Part shown: positions 28,829 to 39,422 of the stretch, one piece after another
Layout of the letters: every line of letters begins with the position of its first letter
How positions within the stretch are numbered: the stretch's first letter is position 1
Source of the DNA: Phycisphaerae bacterium
GTDB lineage: Bacteria > Planctomycetota > Phycisphaerae > UBA1845
NCBI GenBank assembly: GCA_013360585.1
Contig: JABWBH010000016.1
Location: 9,474-73,473 of the forward strand
DNA length: 64,000 nt
Reading direction: 5' to 3'
Program-made: the position numbers and the translations under genes
Notes under the pieces: generated by a model
Databases searched by the model: none
Seen by the model: only the letters and a program-made list of their open reading frames with translations
Told to the model about the DNA's origin: nothing

Positions 28829-31114
28829 TCAGGACGGCGGAGGAAGTTCAACCCGCACCGTAATGACCTCTCGTCCGCGGCGAAGGACGAACTCGACGGA
28901 TTCACCCGGCGCCAGCGCCTTGATCGCCCGCTCGTAAGCTTCGGCGTCCGGCGTCTCGCGCGTGCCGACGGCCAGAATGAGATCATCCGGACGGACGCCG
29001 GCTCGCGCTGCCGGCGAGTCCTTCAAGACGCGCTCAACATAAGGCAGCGTCGTCCGGTATCCGGCTTTGACGAGACGGACCCCGGGATCGACGGGCGCGA
29101 CGGCATCACGCTGCGCCGCCTCTGTCGCCGCCCGATCCCCGCCGCCGGAACGCGCCTCGGCCAGAAACGCGCGGATCTCCTCGACCGGGATCGCGTAATT
29201 GAGGTTCGTGTTGGTGCGGGTGAGGCGAACCTCACGCCCCAGGACTCCGACGAGCGCGCCGGATGCATCCACGACGGGACCACCGGGGAATCCCGGACTG
29301 CTCGTCACGGCGTCGATCGCCCAGACTTCGCCACGGTAAGCGAATTCCTTCGATCGCCGCGTGGCGTCCAGCGGGAACCGCGACATCAACACCCCCTGCG
29401 TCACGGAAGGCGCTTCGGCCCCTTCCGCAATGTGAAAAGGATTCCCCACGGCCAACACCCACGCCCCGGCAAACGCCTCCGGATTTTCCGTCACCTCGAA
29501 GTGTGCGAACGATCGCGGCACGGACGCCGCCTCGCTGGACGAATCCTCCGCGACCGGCGCAGCCGTCGCAGCGATTTCGCGTCCCGTCGTGAAGGCGCCT
29601 GAGATCCGAAGCAGCGCAAGCTGCCGACCCGCGTCCCGGTGGCGCACTTCGGCCTGCCACGCCGAACCGTCGCGCATCACCGCCTTGATCCGCCGGGCAT
29701 CAATGAGCAGAGACAACACGGTCACCACGTCGCCCTCGGCGGACACGAGCACTCCGCTTCCGTATCCGGCCTCCATCCCGGCGCCGAGTCCGTACAACTT
29801 GACCGTCCGGTCCAGGGCGGCGTCGACAAGGGTGGAGGCTTGTGTCGGAAACGAATTCGGGAGCGACCCCGCCACGGTCTCCTCATGCCGGTCGGAATTC
29901 CCCACAACGGAACCAGCGTCCTCCTCAGGCGTCGGCATCAGCGGAAACGACACCGGAAGCTCGATCGGCAGAGGTTCGAGGCGACAAACCGCGCGCGACG
30001 TCTGCCCGCTTCGCTCATACTCGATCGCCAGCGGCCAGTGCTCCGGGTAGGTTCCGAGCAGGCTGGCATAATGATTCGCGGAGGTGATCCGATGTCCGTC
30101 GATCGAAAGCAGGCGATCGCCCGGACGAAGCCCCGCGTTGTACGCCGGCGCGTTCTCGAGCATCCGGTCGAAAATGACGCCGCGACCCGGCTCATCGCGC
30201 ACCGTCGCCTGCAAACTCCCGTGCCGCACCAGCCGTCCCTCGCGCAGTCCGGGAAGAAAGCGGCGGATCTGGTTCGCGGAGATCGCGTAGCCGACGCCGA
30301 CGTTCAGGCGGCCACGGGAGTTGATCGAGATGCGCCCGTTGATGCCGATGATCGCCCCGGAAAGATTGAAAAGCGGTCCGCCGGAGTTTCCCGGGTTGAT
30401 CGCGGCATCGGTCTGGATGCAATCGGAGTAAAGGAGATGATCGCCCTCGCCGTACTGGTACCGGTGAACCCCGCTGACATGTCCGAAGGTCACGGTCGGC
30501 GTGAAATCTTCGGAGAGCACAAAGGGGTTGCCCATCGCGATCACTTCATCCCCCACGCGGACGGCGTCGGAGTCGCCGAGACTGACGCAGGGAAAGCGAC
30601 CCCGCGTGTAAGCCTCTCCGCGCGACGTCGCCCCGCCATCTGACTCGCCTTCGACTTCGCCGAGACGGAACATCGCCACGTCGCCGCCCGGATCGACGCC
30701 CAGCACATGCAGGGCGTACAAACGCCCGTCGGACAGTCCGCCCAGTCCGCGGCGCGTCTCCAGCATTTCCGCCACGACGTGAAAGTTGGTCAGCCCGTGA
30801 CCGTCCACGTCGATCAGAACACCCGAACCCCCGCCGCGCTGCAGCGGATCAAAAATGCACACGACCGCCGGCGCCAGCCGCTCGACGAGCGCGACCCGAC
30901 GCGCCTCCGCCTCCTGAACCCGGCGTCTCGCGGATTCGAGGCTCGCCGCGTCCTGATCGCGCGCCGTCACGGTCGATGCAAGCGAAAAAAGAACGAGCGC
31001 CAGACCGACCCCCCCGGATTGACCTCGCCGAATCAATGCCTGACCCGCCGGAGCGGCGTCCGTCAGGAACAAGCGGCGTCGCGCACGCCCCGGCTTCGTG
31101 AACGTCACGTTCAT
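28829..31114 (-). CDS. Tandem trypsin-like (S1C/HtrA) protease-PDZ protein
   Basis: First unit TNFHVV...DVA...AINPGNSGGPL + PDZ; second unit degenerate (GFPGG) + PDZ. Confidence 0.88.
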   Translation of the reverse strand: MNVTFTKPGRARRRLFLTDAAPAGQALIRRGQSGGVGLALVLFSLASTVTARDQDAASLESARRRVQEAEARRVALVERLAPAVVCIFDPLQRGGGSGVLIDVDGHGLTNFHVVAEMLETRRGLGGLSDGRLYALHVLGVDPGGDVAMFRLGEVEGESDGGATSRGEAYTRGRFPCVSLGDSDAVRVGDEVIAMGNPFVLSEDFTPTVTFGHVSGVHRYQYGEGDHLLYSDCIQTDAAINPGNSGGPLFNLSGAIIGINGRISINSRGRLNVGVGYAISANQIRRFLPGLREGRLVRHGSLQATVRDEPGRGVIFDRMLENAPAYNAGLRPGDRLLSIDGHRITSANHYASLLGTYPEHWPLAIEYERSGQTSRAVCRLEPLPIELPVSFPLMPTPEEDAGSVVGNSDRHEETVAGSLPNSFPTQASTLVDAALDRTVKLYGLGAGMEAGYGSGVLVSAEGDVVTVLSLLIDARRIKAVMRDGSAWQAEVRHRDAGRQLALLRISGAFTTGREIAATAAPVAEDSSSEAASVPRSFAHFEVTENPEAFAGAWVLAVGNPFHIAEGAEAPSVTQGVLMSRFPLDATRRSKEFAYRGEVWAIDAVTSSPGFPGGPVVDASGALVGVLGREVRLTRTNTNLNYAIPVEEIRAFLAEARSGGGDRAATEAAQRDAVAPVDPGVRLVKAGYRTTLPYVERVLKDSPAARAGVRPDDLILAVGTRETPDAEAYERAIKALAPGESVEFVLRRGREVITVRVELPPPS

Positions 31115-32313
31115 CGCCTCAGGCCTGAAGGTTTGATGACGCGGGCGTCAGCCCAGTTGCCGAGATCCCCGATGTCCACGCCGTCCGCCGTGTCGCAGAT
31201 CAACGTGAGCGCATCCGTCCCGACGATCGAGAGGCACACCTCCACGGCGCGGTCACTCGGCGTCAGCCGTCCGCTGTCGTAGACGGTCTTGCCGTCCGCT
31301 TCCACGCGGAATTCGACGCTGCCTCCCGGGCCCGCGGCGTCGTCCACGCCGACCACCGCGAAAAAGAACTCGTAATCACCCCCGAGCGCATAAGTCACTG
31401 CGGTGCGCGCGTGCATGCCGACGCCCTTCGGGAAGTCGCGACCGTCGAGCCGGAGCGGACCGCGCGCGGCGTTCTCATCATTTCGCGCCGGACGAGCAAC
31501 GAGCAGCACGCCCTCGACCTGCTCCTTCGCTCGCGGCAGGTCGGAGACGTACACCACCCGCGGATTCAGGTGCTCGATCCGCGTCACTTCTGCGGAAGGA
31601 ACCGCGACGCTGACCCCTTCCGTCAGGCGCACGTGAAGCATCTCGCCCCCGCCGCTCAACGATCCGGGGAGAATCCAGCCGCGCCGGGTGTGAACCCGGA
31701 ACCCGGGCGGATCCTGAGGATTCAGCGGCGCCGCCAGCACGACCCCGTGCATGCGCGCCGTCCGAAATGTCCGGGACTCGCTCCCCGCGCGGAAACGCCC
31801 GGTCTCTGCGCCGAGCGACTCCAGCACTCCGCCGACCGTCCGCACTTCACCGCCCGCGCATGCAATCAGGACGTCTTCACCCGCCCGCCGGGCATGCAAC
31901 GCCGTCGTAAACGCAGCCTCGCCGTCCGGACATGCTCCCTCTCCCGAGAGCCGGACCGCCTCAACGACCGACAGCGGCAGCACCCGAGCCTCGCCGTCAG
32001 GAGTATTGATCGCGATCCCGCCTGACGACTCATCTCCCAGACTCGCCTGGATTTGACCGCCGCCAGCCAGGTATACGATCACATTCCCCTCGCCCACAAC
32101 AGGCGATGCGGGGGGCACACCAGTGAACGTGATTTCCAGCACATCCTCGGCGGGGACGATCGTATCTACATCGTTCTGCTGCAGCGCCGCACCCGCCTCA
32201 GTCCACCCCCGCCACGCTCCTGACACGCGCCGCCCGTCAACAAGGCGGAGTTCCGCTTCTGCGGATCTCATCACCGGCAACATCAGCAGAACGCTGGCAC
32301 AGATTAACAACAA
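31111..32313 (-). CDS. NPCBM/NEW2 domain protein
   Basis: C-terminal VYVSDL...FPKGVGMHA...VGVDD...GSVEFRVEADGK...WADAR; ATGA overlap with the protease gene. Confidence 0.85.
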   Translation of the reverse strand: MLLICASVLLMLPVMRSAEAELRLVDGRRVSGAWRGWTEAGAALQQNDVDTIVPAEDVLEITFTGVPPASPVVGEGNVIVYLAGGGQIQASLGDESSGGIAINTPDGEARVLPLSVVEAVRLSGEGACPDGEAAFTTALHARRAGEDVLIACAGGEVRTVGGVLESLGAETGRFRAGSESRTFRTARMHGVVLAAPLNPQDPPGFRVHTRRGWILPGSLSGGGEMLHVRLTEGVSVAVPSAEVTRIEHLNPRVVYVSDLPRAKEQVEGVLLVARPARNDENAARGPLRLDGRDFPKGVGMHARTAVTYALGGDYEFFFAVVGVDDAAGPGGSVEFRVEADGKTVYDSGRLTPSDRAVEVCLSIVGTDALTLICDTADGVDIGDLGNWADARVIKPSGLRR

Positions 32314-32357
32314 GTCTTGAACCCCCGGGCAGGTGGATGTCGCCGCGGCTCACACGC

Positions 32358-33392
32358 TCACTTCGGTTCCCTCGCCAACTGCTCGTAATACTGCTCGACG
32401 AGCTTCCGGTATCTCGGCGGAAACGAGTCGCGCAACGCCTGAAGAACCTTCTCCCGCTCCGCAGGCGGCAGCGCGCCCCACGCCTCGCCGGGATTGATGT
32501 CCCGGACGCTCAGATGCTCGCGCACCGCGCCGTCAGGGGGGAGCTGCGACTGCGGCATCGGGCTTTGCGGCTGCGAGGGATTCTGGCGCGGCGACCCGCC
32601 TTGCGATCCGTCGTCCGGTTGATTCTGCTGGTTGCGCTCCCGCTCCTCCGCTTCCTCGATCATCTGGTCGAGCAGGTCGATCGCCCGCTGCTGACGCGAC
32701 TGCACCTGCTCTCCGGTGTCGCGGTGCTTGAGGCGGCCCGCCGCGAACGACATCAGGTCGCTGACTTCACCGATCTGTCCAGGTGTCCTTGCTTCCAACT
32801 CCGCGAGCATCTGTCGCGCTGACTGCGTAAGACGCACCGGTGCGTCCGGATGCACCGTCAGAAACTGCACAAGCTTCCGCGACGCCGCGTCATATTGCAG
32901 GTTCTCAAGCAGCGCCGCGGCGTGACAGAAGTCGAACTCGGCAAGTCCGTAACTGTACTGTCCGATCCGCTCCCGCCGATCGCCCGCCAACGCCTCCACC
33001 GTCTTCAAGGCCGCCGCGGCGTCCCCCGCGTCCAGCAACGCCTTGACGTGCAGCACCGTGGCCGCCGCCGCCAGATACGGATCCTCCGCCTCGCTTAACC
33101 GTCCCGCCGTCTCCGCGCATTCGCGATGATCATCGCGATCACGCGCGTCCAGTGCGGCGCGAAACTCGGCGTGAAGCGACGCAAGCGCCTCCGTCAGAAA
33201 CTCCGCCTCATCCGGCCTCGGCGTCGCCCCCCACTTCCGGAGGATTTCGTCACGCACCGCGGTGTCACCCCCGGTCTGCGCCTGAAGGGACTCGACGAAC
33301 CGCTCCGCCGGTGACTTCTGCGCGGGCTTCTCCTGCGCGATCGCCGTCGCCGCCCCGCAGAAAAATCCGCATGCCGCAATGAACGCCTTCAT
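32358..33392 (-). CDS. Secreted helical/TPR-like protein
   Basis: Signal peptide; C-terminal WGALPP...FPPRYRKLVEQYYEQL motif, of a kind common in planctomycete clusters. Confidence 0.75.
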   Translation of the reverse strand: MKAFIAACGFFCGAATAIAQEKPAQKSPAERFVESLQAQTGGDTAVRDEILRKWGATPRPDEAEFLTEALASLHAEFRAALDARDRDDHRECAETAGRLSEAEDPYLAAAATVLHVKALLDAGDAAAALKTVEALAGDRRERIGQYSYGLAEFDFCHAAALLENLQYDAASRKLVQFLTVHPDAPVRLTQSARQMLAELEARTPGQIGEVSDLMSFAAGRLKHRDTGEQVQSRQQRAIDLLDQMIEEAEERERNQQNQPDDGSQGGSPRQNPSQPQSPMPQSQLPPDGAVREHLSVRDINPGEAWGALPPAEREKVLQALRDSFPPRYRKLVEQYYEQLAREPK

Positions 33393-33421
33393 GCTTGATC
33401 CTCAATCCGCTCCGAACCCGG

Positions 33422-35359
33422 TCATTCCTCCTCCAGCCGCTTACGCAACTGACGTGCAATCTCAAAGCACTCCTGCTGCCGATCCGCCGTCTGCGACAGC
33501 GTGCGCTCCAGCGTCACGTCCGCATCAGGATCCGCCGACCGCGCCTTCTCGATCATCACCGTCCGATCGCGAACCCGCCCCTGCGCCGCCCGCAGCAGCT
33601 TCAGCTCCGCCGACGTCGGCAGGAGCGGCGCGTTCTGATCGGACGGCGCGCCCTGATCCTCCTGCTGCTGGCGCTCCCGCTCCTCCTCCTGCATCTTGCG
33701 CACCGCCTCCAGCAGCTGACTGAGCGCGTCGAGGATCTCCGCCTGCACCGCCTGAGTCACCGCTCCAGTCTGACGCTGGGCGAGTCGGTCCGCCACAAGG
33801 CGCATGTCTTCGGACGCCTGCTCAAGGATTCGCGGAAAGACGATCGTCGTGCCCTCCTCCTCCAGAATGTGCAGGCACGTGTCGACAATTCCCGCCAGCG
33901 ATCGTTCTCGCTCCGACAGCCCCGCCAACGCCAGTTCGAATGCCCGATCCGCTGCGGACACCCCTGACGCGTCCAAGGTCGCGGTTTCCTCGTTGATCCG
34001 TTTCTGCTTGACGTAAAGGTCATGAAACCGCGCCTCAAGGTCGCGGAGCATCTCCTCACGCTCCTCACGACGCTTCTGACGCAACGTGTCCTCCAGTTCG
34101 CGCTTTGCCTGCTCCAGCGCTTCGACTGCCTTTTCCTGGTGCTCCAGCGCCCCCTCCTGATCCTCGTGTTCGAGATCCTCGGCCGCATCCTGCATTTCTC
34201 GCTCGGCGTCTTCAATGCGAGGTTGAGCCTCCGATCCGGGGCGCTGGCGGTTCGGTGACGGCATTTGCCGGTCAGACTCGCCCGACGGCCCGCTTTGCGG
34301 CGGACGCATATCCTGCGAGAGCTGATCCGCCTCCTCTGCAAGCCGTCGCTGCTGACGCGCCAGATCCTCCTGCGAGGACGCGGGCGACCGCTCGTCCGCC
34401 GCCTCTTTCAACGCATGCACGGCGCGACGCAGCGCTTCCTCGGCTTCTTTCTGCTCTGACTTGGCCTGGGGACCGTCCGCCTCCTGCAACGCCTCGGCCG
34501 CTTGCGCCATCTCTTCTGCGGCGGACTTCATCGCTTCAGCGCCTTGATCGAGCAATGATGAAGCGGATTCCTCCTGCGGCGCGGCGTCCGAACGCTCGCC
34601 TTCTTCAGATTCGTTCGGGTCAGGAGGGCCCAACCGCGCCTGCGCCGCAGCCTGCTCGACGGCCTCCGCCAACGCGGCCGCTGCTTCCGCCAGCTTCCCT
34701 TGTTGCTGCGCCTGTTGTCGCGCCGTCTCCGCATTCATCCCGCCAGGCGCCGCCGCCTCTTGCGACGTCTGCGCCGACAAGTCCGCCTGACGGTTCAGAA
34801 TCTCCTCGGCGCCGCGCAACGCCTCCTCGACGCGCTGCTGCAATCCCTCCCCCGACGGATCTCGCGTCGCCTCGCGCAGTCCGCGCTGACGGTCCAGAAG
34901 TTCCTCGAGCCGCTTCATCTGCGCCTGAAGGTCGGCGATCTCCCGCTCGCGATCCTCATTCCGGCTGTCCCGCTGGAGCAGCACCGCAAGCACGGTCTCA
35001 AGGTCCGCCACCGCCTCGTCCTGAAGCGCGGTCGTCGAACGCAGATCCTCCCCACGTTGCAGACGGCCCACCAGATCCGCGAGACGCTCCGGAGCGCCCA
35101 ACTCCCCCAGCCGAGTCAGCGCCCGAGCGAGCCGCTCCGCGCTCTCCGGCTCTTCGACCGCCAGATCCTGTTGCAGCCTGAACATCCGGTCCCGGAACCG
35201 CTCGACCCGGTCGCGGATCATGTCCTGCTTGACCGCCAGCGGTTGCGAGGGAGGGGTGGTTTGTATTCCGGACGACGCGGCAAACCCCCGGCTCTGGGCG
35301 ATGCCAACCCAACTCGACACGGCCAGCACCGTCCCCACGATCACGCTTTGTCCGCGCAT
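33422..35359 (-). CDS. Secreted coiled-coil protein (DUF4175-like)
   Basis: Signal peptide; long Gln/Glu/Ala heptad repeats; AELKLLRAAQ motif. Confidence 0.7.
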   Translation of the reverse strand: MRGQSVIVGTVLAVSSWVGIAQSRGFAASSGIQTTPPSQPLAVKQDMIRDRVERFRDRMFRLQQDLAVEEPESAERLARALTRLGELGAPERLADLVGRLQRGEDLRSTTALQDEAVADLETVLAVLLQRDSRNEDREREIADLQAQMKRLEELLDRQRGLREATRDPSGEGLQQRVEEALRGAEEILNRQADLSAQTSQEAAAPGGMNAETARQQAQQQGKLAEAAAALAEAVEQAAAQARLGPPDPNESEEGERSDAAPQEESASSLLDQGAEAMKSAAEEMAQAAEALQEADGPQAKSEQKEAEEALRRAVHALKEAADERSPASSQEDLARQQRRLAEEADQLSQDMRPPQSGPSGESDRQMPSPNRQRPGSEAQPRIEDAEREMQDAAEDLEHEDQEGALEHQEKAVEALEQAKRELEDTLRQKRREEREEMLRDLEARFHDLYVKQKRINEETATLDASGVSAADRAFELALAGLSERERSLAGIVDTCLHILEEEGTTIVFPRILEQASEDMRLVADRLAQRQTGAVTQAVQAEILDALSQLLEAVRKMQEEERERQQQEDQGAPSDQNAPLLPTSAELKLLRAAQGRVRDRTVMIEKARSADPDADVTLERTLSQTADRQQECFEIARQLRKRLEEE

Positions 35360-35543
35360 AACACCTCCGCAGACTCATTCAACCGCCTTCGACAGCCGCC
35401 GCCGCCTCATACAAGGATATCGGCCGCGACACCCTCATTATACGGTTCAGACAATCTTTCATTCCAGAAAGATCGCCCGCTCCGCGCCGTGGCGCCTTCC
35501 TTCTTCGCAACCCCCAACGCCCCGGACCGTTCCCGACGCGATT

Positions 35544-36923
35544 TTACACCCCTGGTCTCCCTGCGGATTCTCCCTGCACCGTTCTGGAGCCCTCCTCATC
35601 GGCAAGCCGCTTGAACATCCGGTGCGCGATCATCATGAACACCAGCGCGACGATCCAGATCCCCCACCCGATCCACTGCCAGAGGTACACGCCGAGCAAC
35701 GTCGCCACCGTCCCGCGCACCCCCGTCAACGTGACGTGGATGCCCATGTAAAGGTCTCCGCGGGCGCCGCTGGCGAAATGCAGGTGCCCGAGGCTCCACG
35801 CCACTTTGCCGCCGCCCATCCCGAATCCGTAAGCCACCGCCTGAAGCGCAAAACACGACATCATCATCACCGGTGAGATCGGACCCACCGCATCCCGGTA
35901 AGTCATCGCCAGCTCCCCGGCGAGTCCCAGCACCGCCGCCACCCCCCAGAACCAGCAGTTGATCACCCGGAAGCGAAGCACGCCGACGCGATCAAACAAG
36001 CCCCCCCACTGCCGCAGGCTTCCGAACGTCAGCAGGCGCGGCATCGCCGTGAAAAGCACCGTCCCGACCCAGTACACGTCTCCGCCCCAGCCGTCGATCT
36101 CCCGCGTCACCAGAACCGTCAGCACCGCCATCACCAGCAAATTTGAAAGCCCGAGAAACGTCTGCGCGCTGAGATAACGCGCGTACGCAGGATCCGCCGC
36201 GATCGCCTCGTGCATCCGACGCCAGACCCGCCCCGGCGACCACTCGGACAGCTTCTCCCGGGTCGTTAGCCGCTTGTCCCCTGAACGCAGCGCTTGTTCT
36301 CGCTGTCGGCGCCTTCTTCCCTCCCCCCGCACACGCATCCGAAGCAGAAACACCAGCGACAGCAACCCCGCCGCCGCACAGACCTGAAGGACAATGCCGA
36401 AGGCCCGGGGATCTCGGTCGCAGATCGGCGCCACGATCAGCGCCGCAGACGTCGACACAAAAAGGTTGGCTGCGTGCAGCCGCGCCGTGATCCGGCCACG
36501 AGAGGTCGCGGGATAATTCACCTGCCAGATCGCCGGCCGTAACGTCAGAACGCCGGCCAAAAAAACCTGAGACAAGCCCAGACAGAAGATGAACGCTCCC
36601 GCCCCGCCGCGGGTCGGCGACGCCAGCGACGCGGCAGCCGCAAACAGCGCCGTTCCGGCGACGAACAACGCCTGCACCGCAAGTTTCGGCGCCCGCGCCA
36701 GGAGCATCCCCCAGTACACGCTGAAAAGATAGGACGCCGTCGGAGTCGCCGTCGCGATCGCCACCATCGCCGCGCTCCCCGAGAAGCTCTTTGACACAAC
36801 GAGGCTGCCGAACCGCCCCTCGACCAGTCCGGCCAGCATCGTCCAGAGGATCGTATGCTGATACTCGTGAAGAAAATTCAGACGCGCCGACAAAGGAAGT
36901 GATCGAAGTCGAAGCAGGTCCAC
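35544..36923 (-). CDS. MFS-type transporter
   Basis: About 12 hydrophobic segments; WGGLFDRVG loop; NYPATSRGRI. Confidence 0.8.
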   Translation of the reverse strand: MDLLRLRSLPLSARLNFLHEYQHTILWTMLAGLVEGRFGSLVVSKSFSGSAAMVAIATATPTASYLFSVYWGMLLARAPKLAVQALFVAGTALFAAAASLASPTRGGAGAFIFCLGLSQVFLAGVLTLRPAIWQVNYPATSRGRITARLHAANLFVSTSAALIVAPICDRDPRAFGIVLQVCAAAGLLSLVFLLRMRVRGEGRRRRQREQALRSGDKRLTTREKLSEWSPGRVWRRMHEAIAADPAYARYLSAQTFLGLSNLLVMAVLTVLVTREIDGWGGDVYWVGTVLFTAMPRLLTFGSLRQWGGLFDRVGVLRFRVINCWFWGVAAVLGLAGELAMTYRDAVGPISPVMMMSCFALQAVAYGFGMGGGKVAWSLGHLHFASGARGDLYMGIHVTLTGVRGTVATLLGVYLWQWIGWGIWIVALVFMMIAHRMFKRLADEEGSRTVQGESAGRPGV

Positions 36924-37086
36924 GGATGCCGTCTCGCTTGCCGCACGGCGCCAACTCCGCCGCTCCCCCCACGTTTATCCCTGCGGCGACGGCGTCGCAA
37001 GCGCGGTCATTGCCCGGCGGCCTGACCTGCCGTATCCTCCCCTTGCGTCACCGACCCCCGGCGACGGTCAGCGAACGAGGCTTTCC

Positions 37087-38040
37087 TTGCGAAAGATAGA
37101 CGGACTTGAACACGCAGCGCCGCTTCCCGGCGGTTGCGTCCTGACGGTCGGCAACTTCGACGGTGTTCATCGCGCGCACCAGCATCTGCTCAAACAGGCA
37201 AAGACCCTCGCCCGAGCCTCTCTGCCGCTGGTGGTCATGACGTTTGAACCGCACCCCCTAGCGATCATCGCGCCGCACCGCGCGCCGCAACGCCTGACCC
37301 CGCCGGACGAACGACTTCGATGGTTCGAGGCCTGCGGCGCCGACGTCGTCGTCGTCGCTCGCAGCGAACCCACCCTGCTGGCGATGACGGCGGCGGATTT
37401 TGTCGAGCATGTCCTCGTCTCGCGCTTTCACCCGAGGCACGTGATCGAGGGGCCGACCTTCGGGTTCGGACGCGATCGGACCGGGACGAACGAACTTCTT
37501 GCAACCCTCGGCGTCCGCTTCGGGTTCACCGCGCATGTCATCCCTCCTCTTTACCTCCCCGTCGATGGTGCGGAGCGCGCGATCTCAAGCTCCCTCGTCC
37601 GGGAGTGTCTTGTCGCCGGGCGCCTCGACGTCGCCAACGCCGCCCTCGGACGTCCTTATGCGCTGATCGGTCGCGTCATACCGGGAGACGCCCGCGGGCG
37701 CACCCTCGGTTTTCCCACCGCGAACCTCGACTGCGGCGACCAGCTTGTTCCCGCCGACGGGGTCTACGCCGCTTGCGCTCACGCGCCTTCGGGTCGCTTC
37801 TCCGCCGCCGTCAACATCGGCGCAGCCAGGACTTTCGGCGGCATCGACCGGCGCATCGAGGCCCACCTTCTGGATTTCAACGGCGACCTGTATGATGCCT
37901 CCCTGCGGCTGGAACTCCTGAAGTTCCTGCGAAATCAGCGAACGTTCGCCTCAGCGGACGCCCTGAAGACGCAGGTGATGCGCGACCTTGACGACGTCCG
38001 AGCGTGCATCAAACCGGATGCGGAGACCGTTCGGGGATGA
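37087..38040 (+). CDS. ribF: Bifunctional riboflavin kinase / FAD synthetase
   Basis: GNFDGVHRAH, TFEPHP, ISSSLVR, GRTLGFPTAN, IEAHLLDF. Confidence 0.95.
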   Translation: MRKIDGLEHAAPLPGGCVLTVGNFDGVHRAHQHLLKQAKTLARASLPLVVMTFEPHPLAIIAPHRAPQRLTPPDERLRWFEACGADVVVVARSEPTLLAMTAADFVEHVLVSRFHPRHVIEGPTFGFGRDRTGTNELLATLGVRFGFTAHVIPPLYLPVDGAERAISSSLVRECLVAGRLDVANAALGRPYALIGRVIPGDARGRTLGFPTANLDCGDQLVPADGVYAACAHAPSGRFSAAVNIGAARTFGGIDRRIEAHLLDFNGDLYDASLRLELLKFLRNQRTFASADALKTQVMRDLDDVRACIKPDAETVRG

Positions 38041-39422
38041 TCATGACCTTGTGGGTCACCTTGTTGTTGATCGAGGCTCCGCCAGACCGGCGCCCGACGG
38101 ATCCGGGCGGCGTCACCGAGCGCGTAAGCGTCTCTACATCCGGCGACGAGGCGGACGGCATGAGCATGATGCCCGACATTTCCGCCGACGGACGCTTCGT
38201 CGCCTTCGAGTCTGGCGCCGGCAACCTCGTGCCCGATGACAACAACTGTGCATCCGATGTCTTCGTCTTTGACCGGCTGACGCACACCACCGAGCGCGTC
38301 AGCGTCTCTTCGGCTGGCCTTGAGGGCAATGCCGGAAGCCAGCGCCCTCGCATCAGCGGTGACGGGCGTTTCATCGCGTTCCAAAGCAACGCCTCGAATC
38401 TCGTCTCTCATGATCTCAACGGCTGCACGGACATCTTCGTCCACGACCGCCTGACCGGAAGCACGACGCGCGCAAGCGAAGACGTTCTCGGGACAGAGGG
38501 GGACAACGCCAGCATTCACCCCCGTCTCAGCTCCTGCGGGCGCTACGTCGCGTTTCACGCCGCCGCCAGTTGGGATGAACGCGACGTCAACGGACAGTGG
38601 GACGTGTATCTCAAAGATATCCTCACCGGCGACCTCGAGCTCATCAGCCTCAACAACGACGGCGCGGTCGGAAATGACTGGAGCGAACACTGCTACGTGT
38701 CCAGCGGCGGACGCTGGGTCGTCTATCACAGCAAGGCCACGAACCTGGTTCCTGACGACTACAACGGCAAGGATGACATCTTCATCTTCGATCGCGCCGA
38801 GAGGCGCACCCGCCGCCTTTCCGTCAACGCCGCCGGCGGGGAGTCCGACGGCAACAGCGCGTTTCCCGCGATCTGCGGCGACGGACGCTGGGTCGTCTTC
38901 GAAAGCGACGGGACCAACCTCGTCCCGGACGACACGAACCGCCAGCGCGATGTCTTTCTCTGCGACACCCTCGCGGGCACATTGAGGCTGATTTCCCGCG
39001 CCGACCAGCGCCCCTCGGATGGCGCGAGCATGAGGGCGCATATCAGCGATGACGGCAGGTTCGTGGTCTACGTAAGCCAGGCGACGAATCTGGACCCGCG
39101 CTTTGCTCCGTCGGCCGGCGCAAAAATCTACATTTACGACGTCGCCGCGAAAACGACTGCGCTCGCAGGGCTCACCGCCGTCGGCATGCCGGCGGAAGGC
39201 GGCTGCGCTTTCCCGATGATATCAGGCAACGGCGCCGCGATCGCCTTCGTCGGGTTCGCTTCCGACCTGGTTCCCGGCGATCGAAACAATCTCGCCGACG
39301 TCTTCGTGCGCGCCGCAGCGCCTTATGACGGAGAATCCGCCGCCGCGATCCTCCCGGTTTCAGCGCCGCCGAAGAACGCGCTGCCTGATCCTCCTGCCGT
39401 CGGAAGGACGCCCGATCCCTGA
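38037..39422 (+). CDS. TolB-like/PD40 beta-propeller repeat protein
   Basis: About 7 repeats of the type ISADGRFVAFES.A.NLVP.D.N...DVFV; ATGA overlap with ribF. Confidence 0.85.
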   Translation: MIMTLWVTLLLIEAPPDRRPTDPGGVTERVSVSTSGDEADGMSMMPDISADGRFVAFESGAGNLVPDDNNCASDVFVFDRLTHTTERVSVSSAGLEGNAGSQRPRISGDGRFIAFQSNASNLVSHDLNGCTDIFVHDRLTGSTTRASEDVLGTEGDNASIHPRLSSCGRYVAFHAAASWDERDVNGQWDVYLKDILTGDLELISLNNDGAVGNDWSEHCYVSSGGRWVVYHSKATNLVPDDYNGKDDIFIFDRAERRTRRLSVNAAGGESDGNSAFPAICGDGRWVVFESDGTNLVPDDTNRQRDVFLCDTLAGTLRLISRADQRPSDGASMRAHISDDGRFVVYVSQATNLDPRFAPSAGAKIYIYDVAAKTTALAGLTAVGMPAEGGCAFPMISGNGAAIAFVGFASDLVPGDRNNLADVFVRAAAPYDGESAAAILPVSAPPKNALPDPPAVGRTPDP

